From the IMG/VR virus record IMGVR_UViG_3300044935_000065: 64,000 nt of DNA, one strand, 5' to 3'. Below, piece after piece: positions 55,895 through 64,000 of the stretch; the stretch's first letter is position 1, and each line of letters starts with the position of its first letter. The DNA comes from a virus (taxonomy: Duplodnaviria; Caudoviricetes). The notes under the pieces are model-generated. The model searched no databases and had not been told where the DNA came from. It saw only the letters and a list, made by a program, of their open reading frames with translations. The position numbers and the translations under genes were made by a program.

Positions 55895-58408
55895 ATGGAC
55901 TGGGTTAACAAGATAATCAATTCGAAGTCGAAAGTTAAAAAGTCTGCCGTCGAACAGGAATATAACTATGAGGCCTTGTTTGGTGAAAAAGCTCCAGATA
56001 GTTCGAAGTATAATCCAGAAAATACGATTGGGGTCAATTCGGACCCCAATGCTGTATCTGACATACCAGTCGAAAACGAATTAGGTGATAAACCAATTTC
56101 CATTGCGGAAGTCGATAGCAACGAAATATCCGAATATGAAGTTGCGCCAGTAGATCGACTGTTCGAACTGACTGAAGAAGAAATCGAGGATATTGTTTCC
56201 GTTATTTCAAACGAAGACAACGTGTCTGATGTGGAAAAATCCGAAGTCGACGGCATTAAAATGGTTGGGTTGCGGCAGTCCGAAATTATAAAAGATGATT
56301 TTCCTGAATACGAAAATTTGGATGAAGTCGCTGTTGATCCATCTTCTGGTTTCGAAGAAGAACCTTTTGTGTCGAACGTTTTAGAAAATTTAGAAAACGA
56401 AATTGGAGATAATCCGAATTCTTTGGAGCGGTGGATGCAGATGGGTGACGCCTTGAATGATGGAATTATCGATGTCGATGATAGACCATTTTCTCCCGCT
56501 GATTTCGAACCAGAAGTATCCAGATTTGGAAGTGCGATCCGATGGACTGACGGGCTGGCAAATCCTATTCTATGGACTATAGAAAACGATTGGACCCAAC
56601 GAGAGTTATCGACAATCAAGAATTTTGTTGGAAAGGTAGCCGTCGCAGTTAGAAATCGTGGGGTGCTACTCGACTCCGACAATATCATGATGATGGCCGA
56701 AACAATATCTGCCGAAAATGTTGGTAGAACCATGTTTATGCTTTCCGAACCTTGGATGTCTAGAACCAAACTTAATTCATCTGACGCCATGAATTTAGCA
56801 GGGAAAATCGCACCTAAAATATGCGATTGTTTGAAATTCGAAACATTATCTAATGCAGGCCTATCAGAAGCGTTTGCAAAAACGCGAGATGAATTCGAAG
56901 ACAAATTAGGGACATCTACGCGTTCCGAAATACAGCATGTCGTGCAGGTTATCCGAAGCTTGAAAACTCCACTGGCTTATACGATGGCGACATCTCTTGA
57001 CTATGTTTGTGCATGCCTTGGAGATCGGGCAGCCATGGTTAGAATATCGGACGCAATTCAGACATTGTTGGACGACGACATGATTGAGCCCGAGTCCATA
57101 ATGCTCGACATGGCGCATGTTGCCGATAATTGGCGACGTCTTGCACATGCTCAATATTTAGGTAGCGACAATTCTTTTGAAGCATTCGAACAGAGATTTG
57201 CTATTGAAGCCATAGATTTGACAGGAAAAAAAGGCAAAATCGAATTTGATAGCAATGTCGTTCTATCAGAACCCAGTAATGATCTGCTGGAACTTTGTAT
57301 TGAAATCAGCGCTCGACATAGCTTTTGTGCTGATCATGTCGATACCAATGAGAATATCAATGAAGCGAACGTGGCCGCAAAAGACATATCAAAAGCAACT
57401 GATCAACTGTCGCCTAGTGATCAAGATTTTTTTGATCAGATTGCCAAGGAATACAGCGACAGCCGTAACGTCCCTATCTCTAAAGAGCCTGATTTTATTT
57501 TGACGGATAAAGGAAGCGGTGGCATGCGAATTCGTGTTCTTGATCGCATTGCAGCTGGTGACGGTAATAACGCCGCAGACCGCAACTATGGGCATTTGTT
57601 GCGTCCATTGCCAATCTTACCTGCTCCTGACGCTGACAAGCTCTATAGCGATCTAATGACTGAATTTCCATGGATGGCTGAAGTCAACGAAGAGGTTGCT
57701 CGCGCAGCAGCTCTAAGTACTCGTCACATTGGTAAATGTTTCACCATATCTCCTATGATGTTAAATGGGCCGTCTGGTATTGGTAAAACAAGATGGGTAC
57801 GACGTGTAGCGCAGCTGAGTTCTATTCCAATTCATTTCATCAGCGTAGCAGGATCAGATAGCTCTAAATCCATAATGGGTAGCGAACGCGGGTGGTCAAA
57901 CGCTAGACCATCTTTGCCTGTTATGGCATTGAGTTCAACTCAGGTCGTCAATCCAATTATTATGGTCGACGAATTGGATAAAGCAAATGCGAGTACAAAT
58001 GGTGATCCATTTGCTGCCCTGTTGCCAATGCTCTCTTCCGAAACAAATACGACATACCCAGATGCCTATCTCTTGGGATCTGTAAACCTGTCATATTCGA
58101 GTTTCATTTTTACGGCCAATTCAATATCAAAACTTGGAACACCATTACTTGACCGCATCGATGTGTTTAATGTCTCTCCACCATCTCCTAAGGATTACCT
58201 TGCTATCCTTCGTGGTATGATAGCAGAAGCCGCACAGAACACGTGCATCAATGAAAGTGAGACAGATGATATCATGGAACGGCTGATGGGGCATGGCATG
58301 GATTGTTTGGCTCGCGGAGATTCATTACGTAAAGTTGAACGAGCCATAAAAGATGCCGTCGCTAAATATGTTTGGAAGCCAAAGAGTCATTTGACGTTGG
58401 TAAAATAG
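55895..58408 (+). CDS. AAA+ ATPase with a Lon-like ATPase module, no protease domain, acidic N-terminus
   Basis: GPSGIGKT, G.ERGW.NARP, NPIIMVDELDK, FTAN, LLDR. Confidence 0.85.
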   Translation: MDWVNKIINSKSKVKKSAVEQEYNYEALFGEKAPDSSKYNPENTIGVNSDPNAVSDIPVENELGDKPISIAEVDSNEISEYEVAPVDRLFELTEEEIEDIVSVISNEDNVSDVEKSEVDGIKMVGLRQSEIIKDDFPEYENLDEVAVDPSSGFEEEPFVSNVLENLENEIGDNPNSLERWMQMGDALNDGIIDVDDRPFSPADFEPEVSRFGSAIRWTDGLANPILWTIENDWTQRELSTIKNFVGKVAVAVRNRGVLLDSDNIMMMAETISAENVGRTMFMLSEPWMSRTKLNSSDAMNLAGKIAPKICDCLKFETLSNAGLSEAFAKTRDEFEDKLGTSTRSEIQHVVQVIRSLKTPLAYTMATSLDYVCACLGDRAAMVRISDAIQTLLDDDMIEPESIMLDMAHVADNWRRLAHAQYLGSDNSFEAFEQRFAIEAIDLTGKKGKIEFDSNVVLSEPSNDLLELCIEISARHSFCADHVDTNENINEANVAAKDISKATDQLSPSDQDFFDQIAKEYSDSRNVPISKEPDFILTDKGSGGMRIRVLDRIAAGDGNNAADRNYGHLLRPLPILPAPDADKLYSDLMTEFPWMAEVNEEVARAAALSTRHIGKCFTISPMMLNGPSGIGKTRWVRRVAQLSSIPIHFISVAGSDSSKSIMGSERGWSNARPSLPVMALSSTQVVNPIIMVDELDKANASTNGDPFAALLPMLSSETNTTYPDAYLLGSVNLSYSSFIFTANSISKLGTPLLDRIDVFNVSPPSPKDYLAILRGMIAEAAQNTCINESETDDIMERLMGHGMDCLARGDSLRKVERAIKDAVAKYVWKPKSHLTLVK

Positions 58409-58489
58409 CATAAAAAAAAGGGAGACCTCTGAGAATCCCTGATTATAAACATTAAAAATATAGCTATATGTTTAAAAAACTTACGCAGA

Positions 58490-58517
58490 AAAAAGCCCCA
58501 CAGTAATGCGGGGCTTA
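58490..58517 (-). terminator. Intrinsic terminator
   Basis: AAAAAAGCCCC-acagtaatgc-GGGGCTT. Confidence 0.65.
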
Positions 58518-58536
58518 AATGATTTATTGGATAGAT

Positions 58537-59130
58537 TTAACGGCTTCCACCGCCGTTACCGCGATCTGAACTTGAGTTAACACAGCTTCGCGTTACCCTT
58601 CCCTTCTCCGTGTATTCGTTCAACCTATACGGCGATGGGCATGTGTATCTATAACCTGTGATAACCTGTCGAGTTAGCGTTACAGTGTAAGGCTCTTGGG
58701 CCGTGTACGGCACTTGAACTGTATAAGTATAAGGATATGCTTCCTGAATGGTTACAACCTCGTCAACTTGTATGACTTCATTGTACGCTGGGATGATTTT
58801 ACATCCACTGGCAAAGTCATCAAAGCTTTCTTCAACACCATTGTTTTTGTTGCACTCTGAAGAAAGAGTGGCTGGATGAGGTACGGTGACAGATTTCTTT
58901 TGAGTGATCTGTTTTGGTCTGTAACGGGTTTCGGTTCGCGATTCCGTTCTATAAAGGGTCACATCTCTATAATGCGTTTCGTAATAAGTTTCTGTCGCGT
59001 ACGTCGGAACTTGCGTCGGGGTTGGTGTACGACTACCACCTCCCTGCCCTTCACTATTATCACCACGGGCAGCTAGAGCCGTAGAAGCTGTCAAAGTTAC
59101 GAAGAGCGCAGATATAAGCAGTTTTTTCAT
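58537..59130 (-). CDS. Secreted protein with an extended Thr/Tyr/Val/Glu beta-hairpin composition
   Basis: Sec signal MKKLLISALFVTLTASTALA; alternating T/Y/V pattern; four Cys. Confidence 0.75.
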   Translation of the reverse strand: MKKLLISALFVTLTASTALAARGDNSEGQGGGSRTPTPTQVPTYATETYYETHYRDVTLYRTESRTETRYRPKQITQKKSVTVPHPATLSSECNKNNGVEESFDDFASGCKIIPAYNEVIQVDEVVTIQEAYPYTYTVQVPYTAQEPYTVTLTRQVITGYRYTCPSPYRLNEYTEKGRVTRSCVNSSSDRGNGGGSR

Positions 59131-59634
59131 CTGAATAATCTCCCTTTTGTTGTAGGTGTTGTATTTTTTTGTTTTTTATATTCTCATATACGACCATTAA
59201 ATGCAAAATTACAATTTTAACGGCCGATAAAATTGGTGATTGCAACGAATTTCAAAGTATAAAATTATATATATATTCATTTTTAAACAAACTTAGGCCA
59301 GTTATGAAAAAATAGCTAGCCTTGCAAAGAGAATTTAAATTTGTCATGGGTTTGTATTTTATGAGATTTAATGCTCTCAAGCTAGAGTAGCGACCAGAAA
59401 AAATTGATATCTCTGCATCCCGAATTTCAATTGGTCGCCATCAGAATTTCAATCAGTCAACTTATCTGTATTTTCGTGATGTCATAATCACCATCACAAT
59501 TGCTGCGGACGCGAGTGACAAGATGAATTCGTGAGACAGGCTGTAATTGAAACCTAACAATATCCGAGCTAGGGCCAAAAAGGCGGATGAAATAACAGCC
59601 AACGCTAGATAGAGTTGAATAAGTCTGATAACTT

Positions 59635-59985
59635 TCATTGTTCGTCATCCAATTCAAGCATGTTGGCAAGCTGCTTGGTTTTTGCGTTCGCATTAAACCG
59701 TAGACGTGACCGAACAAATTTTTTAGCACCACGAATTGCTTTTGCCATCCCCCGATGACCATTTGAAAAATCATTCCCAATCTGGGCACTGATGTGCTTG
59801 TCGGTGAATTTATCGTGGACAGCTGCTCCGTGCATGGATTTGTCCAGATAGTCGGTTTTGCCAACGCGTTGATTGTCGCCACGTTCATTTCCTTTGCCAA
59901 CAGCGTATCCGTTGTTGTATGAATATCTGTCATATCGCATGGTGACAGGCGCACGATTTTTTCTGCGGTGATTGATGTCGGTCAT
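59635..59985 (-). CDS. Basic hypothetical protein
   Basis: GGAG RBS, ATGA overlap. Confidence 0.7.
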   Translation of the reverse strand: MTDINHRRKNRAPVTMRYDRYSYNNGYAVGKGNERGDNQRVGKTDYLDKSMHGAAVHDKFTDKHISAQIGNDFSNGHRGMAKAIRGAKKFVRSRLRFNANAKTKQLANMLELDDEQ

Positions 59986-60260
59986 GGTTTTAACTCCTGT
60001 GTCTCAATCTCATTTTGTTCAAGTGCGAAATTCTCATCCAGCCAATCGCAGATTTTTTCACAAACTTCAGGTTTGAAGTCTAACTGGCCAAGATGAGTAT
60101 TCAACCAGGACAATCGACGATCACGATCAGTCTGCAATGGCTTTACCATTCTAAACGTCATCAGCATGCCACTCGCCATTTGGGGTTCCAGATGACCGCG
60201 CTCTGATGGGTAATCAAAACTATTCGCGTAATTATGGAATCTATTTAAAAGATTGCTCAC
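59982..60260 (-). CDS. Hypothetical protein
   Basis: GGAGG RBS. Confidence 0.65.
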   Translation of the reverse strand: MSNLLNRFHNYANSFDYPSERGHLEPQMASGMLMTFRMVKPLQTDRDRRLSWLNTHLGQLDFKPEVCEKICDWLDENFALEQNEIETQELKP

Positions 60261-60442
60261 CTAAAACCTCCGAAGATTTTTTGTGATAATTTACATACAT
60301 AAATCTGGATTAAATTCATAGTCTATATTTATTTTTAATTGGATTTTTCGGCATCTGAAACTAAGGTTTATATAGAGAAAAATAAATTGGTTTGACACGC
60401 AAATCTTAAATATATAAAACCAGCATAGCAAAGGACATCAAG

Positions 60443-60592
60443 ATGGATTCAGAACAGAATAATTATTCACCTTGGGAAAGAACTGAAATCGAAGATCTGC
60501 AAATTATGAAAACGTTGGATAACGTTTCGGAAAACCAGTTTTCGAGCCTTGTGGACGAATTGTTGAGCATCGCGGATGAATTGCCAGATTGA
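60443..60592 (+). CDS. Small acidic protein (49 aa), below the ORF-track cutoff
   Basis: MDSEQNNYSPWERTEIEDLQ...ADELPD*; AAGGA RBS; TTGACA at 60392; downstream hairpin with T-tract at 60645-60679. Confidence 0.6.
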   Translation: MDSEQNNYSPWERTEIEDLQIMKTLDNVSENQFSSLVDELLSIADELPD

Positions 60593-60687
60593 AATCGTCA
60601 AGTCCGTGAGTAAAAACTCGGAACATAAGAATGACGATTAAAAGAAAAGCCTCTTCCAAATGGAAAGATGAGCTTTTTTGTATTCAT

Positions 60688-61089
60688 TCATGCAAAATGT
60701 GGCTTCCTACAACAGGAGACATGATCTCTGATCCATGTGTAAACATGGTAGCAGCCAACTTCCGATAAGTTATCTCGCGCAAGTACCCGACGAACCCATG
60801 CAGGTCCCCGGTCTTCGTCTTCAATCAAATCTGGTAAACGGTAAGCAAGGTTTATCAACATAATGGCTTTCCATTCTGGTACGTTCCCACGATCTAGTGT
60901 TGCGCAGAAGTCAATCAGATGTACATAATCAGGCTTCGAAATAGTGTTGTCGACGACGACCTGTAGTTCAAATGTGCTAACAGTCATTTTTGCTATGGAC
61001 CTCGTCTTCCTTGCGGTCTCCCCAAAAGACACCTGATGCATTAACGCTAAATGGAGTTGCGTTTCCATGCTTCTGCATAGCGTCAACAA
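60688..61089 (-). CDS. Hypothetical protein (likely start at MTVSTF)
   Basis: ORF track. Confidence 0.5.
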   Translation of the reverse strand: MLTLCRSMETQLHLALMHQVSFGETARKTRSIAKMTVSTFELQVVVDNTISKPDYVHLIDFCATLDRGNVPEWKAIMLINLAYRLPDLIEDEDRGPAWVRRVLARDNLSEVGCYHVYTWIRDHVSCCRKPHFA

Positions 61090-61213
61090 TCAGTTTTTCG
61101 TCGGGAAATAGAATACTTTGCATATCAGAACCCGTTCTTTGATTTTAAATAATTCTGCGGTAGAACCATTTATATGGCGCTCAGTTTTTTTTAAGAATGT
61201 TCAACTGTTTTAG

Positions 61214-62506
61214 CTAAGGGGATTTAAATGTGATTTTATTGCTATCAGCAATCATCGACCTCGGCTTAGAGGTAAATGATATCCCACTGCCTATAAATTT
61301 TGGAGATTCTATATCATAATTTGATAGCGTTTCAATATTCTGAAGATTAATTACTTCGCCGGATTTCATCTTTAATGGTTTGGAAGGTGCGCTACAATTC
61401 ATCATAATAATAGCTTTTGTAACGTCAATTAAGTTTGGCCAGTTAAGAGCGTTTAAATTATTACAGAATAATAGCTCGGCAATGATTGATTTCGGCATCT
61501 GGTAAATATCCGTGTCGGTTACATGTATTGATGAAACCGTTTCTAACGTAGTAGGCATATTTAGGATACAGGAATCTGCAATTCTTAAGCATAGTGAATT
61601 AGATTCTTCTAGTGAGGGGAAAAAATCTGTGTGTACCCCTTGCATATCAATGATATCAGAACCGATTAGCACTTTGGGTAGCGTAAATCTTATCCTATTA
61701 TCTATTAATACCTTGAAAATGCTCGCTTCCATAATTTCAGGAAGTTTAAACAAGCAGTGCCATTTGCCGTGTCGATCAACGATATAAGGCAAGCGGTTGG
61801 TTGCAGTTCCGTTTTTCGGGATAGCGTCGATACTTTGAAAATAATCAATTATCATATCCATGAGAGCAAAGGAAACAGGTGTGTTATTGAAACCCTGAAC
61901 TTGGATTACTTCAAATGCTTTTTTTGCAGTCGGGAACGCCCCGAGTTCAATAGTTGCTACTGGATTGCCGCCTTTATCACGCACAGATAGCAACTGGCAA
62001 TCGGATGTACTGAGTTTCCAGTCATATGCACCACCACCAATGCAGTGCCTCATTATTCTGCTTTCTTCATCTAAGGATTCTGGTGTCAGCAATTGAACGA
62101 CGGAATAGCCACGGCCAAGGTCTTCTAGGTGGCGTATTTGTTCAATGTCTTTTCTAAAATTAACAAGCTTTTGCGATGCCTTTAGCATTGCTTTGTCAGC
62201 TTCGGCAGTAATTTGAGCTATAGAATGAAATTTCATAAGCTTTTTTGGACGATCTAGTTCGTCTAGGTTATGAAGCCATGAAGCATTATTGATTAGGGAA
62301 GCTTCAAGCCAATCAGCTATATGAGGCAACGCTCTTGACGCCATCATTAGTGCGAATTGAGCTTTGCCGTTTTTACGGATATCGTTCAACAATACGCGTC
62401 CGAAGCTTAGCTTTAGGATTCGTGAAATGTCGACAGACCTCGTTGCTCGCATCATTATGGCGTCAATCTGGCCTTCCAATTTGGCTAATTGTTCTGCATG
62501 CATCAT
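61214..62506 (-). CDS. PcfJ-like domain protein with an LRR-like C-terminus
   Basis: LLTPESLDEES..MRHCIG...Y...LSVRD.....ATIEL...QVQG..N. Confidence 0.75.
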   Translation of the reverse strand: MMHAEQLAKLEGQIDAIMMRATRSVDISRILKLSFGRVLLNDIRKNGKAQFALMMASRALPHIADWLEASLINNASWLHNLDELDRPKKLMKFHSIAQITAEADKAMLKASQKLVNFRKDIEQIRHLEDLGRGYSVVQLLTPESLDEESRIMRHCIGGGAYDWKLSTSDCQLLSVRDKGGNPVATIELGAFPTAKKAFEVIQVQGFNNTPVSFALMDMIIDYFQSIDAIPKNGTATNRLPYIVDRHGKWHCLFKLPEIMEASIFKVLIDNRIRFTLPKVLIGSDIIDMQGVHTDFFPSLEESNSLCLRIADSCILNMPTTLETVSSIHVTDTDIYQMPKSIIAELLFCNNLNALNWPNLIDVTKAIIMMNCSAPSKPLKMKSGEVINLQNIETLSNYDIESPKFIGSGISFTSKPRSMIADSNKITFKSP

Positions 62507-62512
62507 GGGAAA

Positions 62513-62710
62513 TCAGCACCTTGTCATATTGACTCGTCCATACCCCGCTAGAACATCAGGTAAATTGTTCGTTCCGGCTTCTTCAATTTGCGCGAATTCA
62601 TCGTGGAAACATGGTTCGCAGATTTCGTGAAACGAACCATATAGGCTGCTTTCGCCGCAATCACGGCGGTCGAGCGTCTGCTTCTTACAACGTGGACATT
62701 TTTCTAGCAT
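62513..62710 (-). CDS. Small Zn-finger protein
   Basis: CPRC...CEPC. Confidence 0.6.
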   Translation of the reverse strand: MLEKCPRCKKQTLDRRDCGESSLYGSFHEICEPCFHDEFAQIEEAGTNNLPDVLAGYGRVNMTRC

Positions 62711-62904
62711 TCGCCATCCCTCGAATTTATGACAACAGCCTTCAAGCCATTATCCATTTCGTCACATGGAAGGAGGTCGTCGGACCAATCGGATAGATCC
62801 ATCCCATTGCACAAAAGCAAGATTTCCGCCGCTGCAGCCGCTTCTTCACGTGTTGGAAGGCGAATATCTGTCTTGATAGAATTTAGTGTGTCGTGAACTG
62901 ACAT
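62704..62904 (-). CDS. Small hypothetical protein
   Basis: Operonic. Confidence 0.55.
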   Translation of the reverse strand: MSVHDTLNSIKTDIRLPTREEAAAAAEILLLCNGMDLSDWSDDLLPCDEMDNGLKAVVINSRDGEC

Positions 62905-62913
62905 AATTGCCCC

Positions 62914-63147
62914 TTAATAATAATATTCATAGTCGCAGTATTCTGCATCCTGACGGCGATCAGCAATGCAATTCAGGCAAAGGCCATTAAAGCTACTGAC
63001 TGATGGGTCTTTAAAATCCGGTGTCTGTGAATACGAGTCCGCTCGAAGATGTTCCATTACGGTCCCATCGGCATTCCGTGTCACATCGTTGCCTTCATCC
63101 CATTCAGGGCCGTATGGGCATCGAGTATCAGTGCATTTATAAGCCAT
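62914..63147 (-). CDS. Small Cys-containing protein
   Basis: C....C...CLNC; AGGAG RBS. Confidence 0.6.
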   Translation of the reverse strand: MAYKCTDTRCPYGPEWDEGNDVTRNADGTVMEHLRADSYSQTPDFKDPSVSSFNGLCLNCIADRRQDAEYCDYEYYY

Positions 63148-63254
63148 CGCAATTCTCCTTGTTTTGGCTTAAATAGCAATGAATATACAATTAGTAAATT
63201 AATATTTTGAAGATTAATACCACAAAGACGCATTATTGTTCGCGGAAACCTATT

Positions 63255-63770
63255 TTACTTGTTTGGAATACAACCATTTTTGCATATATCTGCATCCAAC
63301 AATTCGACTTGGAATTTTCGGTTTGAAATCTTAAATGTTTCTTTGAAGGCTGATAAATCAGAAAGTTTGCCGAGTTCAAGCCACAATGTCCCAAGATCAT
63401 CAGTACGGTCAACAGCGAATAAAAGTAATCCTTTGTGATAAATTTCATAGGCTCGTAAGGTCTTTACGAAAATATATCCTTTATCTTCAAGGCAGTTTGC
63501 ATACCCATCTGCAACATTTTTCGTAATGATATCTTTATTTAGGCCATTACATCTGTCTTTTACATCCAGGATTTCGAGGCGGTGAAGAAATGCGGTGTCG
63601 TAAGGTTTTAGTCCTAGATTTTGTTCTATTCTCGTCAGATTGTTGCTCATCATTTCAATTTTGGTTTGTGCATTTTTCAATTGATTTTCATCGGCACGAG
63701 AAGCACCGTGTAGGCAGGCAAATGCACAAATAGACACCATTGCGATACGTGCGAATTTCGAAATATTCAT
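63255..63770 (-). CDS. Exported hypothetical protein
   Basis: Signal peptide MNISKFARIAMVSICAFACLHGASRA. Confidence 0.65.
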   Translation of the reverse strand: MNISKFARIAMVSICAFACLHGASRADENQLKNAQTKIEMMSNNLTRIEQNLGLKPYDTAFLHRLEILDVKDRCNGLNKDIITKNVADGYANCLEDKGYIFVKTLRAYEIYHKGLLLFAVDRTDDLGTLWLELGKLSDLSAFKETFKISNRKFQVELLDADICKNGCIPNK

Positions 63771-64000
63771 TTTTAAATCCTTCGGGTATTAGGAAAAATC
63801 CAATGTGCAATGAATTTATCTAAATTTACAAGTCAATAAACGGGACTGTCAACAAAGTTGTTTATTGAAGTGTTTCTGGATTTTCCTCAGAGCTGACTAA
63901 AAGGCCATACTCATCTTCATTGCCCGCCACTCGCCTACCGTGGCTGGACCGTACTCATCTTCCAAGACTGGTCCCTTGTGTGAATCTTTCCATTCGATAG

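Noticed and set aside
55966-56904. 312-aa Ser-rich antisense ORF (and similar shadow ORFs elsewhere)
   Set aside because: Antisense shadow of the acidic AAA gene; composition is explained by the sense-strand codons
63897-64000. TACTCATCTTC direct repeat at the right edge
   Set aside because: Only two copies, within the 3' end of a minus-strand ORF truncated by the window edge; cannot be interpreted

Overview
Gene-dense, AT-rich segment (low-to-mid 40s %GC by eye) that most likely comes from a large conjugative plasmid/megaplasmid of a Rhizobiales-type alphaproteobacterium. The host is inferred from the RecA and DksA sequences and a GAAC-N7-GTAC SOS box. Right third: a type IVB (Dot/Icm / IncI-Tra-like) secretion cluster dotD-dotC-dotB-icmT-[parM/stbA-stbB]-icmP(dotM), transcribed divergently from a tyrosine-recombinase-fold gene and a Lon-like AAA ATPase; 21-bp-phased GANTC arrays lie between dotC and dotB and in the divergent intergenic region. 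Left end: a nuclease-SF2 helicase with seven helicase-associated (HA) repeats, recA with SOS box, a stand-alone TnpB/C2c8-like RuvC gene and a RelE/ParE-RHH toxin-antitoxin pair. Middle (11-40 kb): dozens of mostly leftward, phage-early-like accessory ORFs (Lar-like, MazG-like, ASCH, HD hydrolase, WYL, DUF4326, CoiA-like, two tandem CX5R phosphatases), a cas-less type I-F-like CRISPR array (10 repeats, 9 spacers) next to dksA, and a peptide deformylase. The most striking unexplained element is a ~1.2 kb hairpin-saturated region with no convincing ORF (44125-45300) that looks like a very large structured ncRNA (GOLLD/ROOL-like), with self-complementary loops. All family assignments come from motif recognition by eye; no database searches were run.
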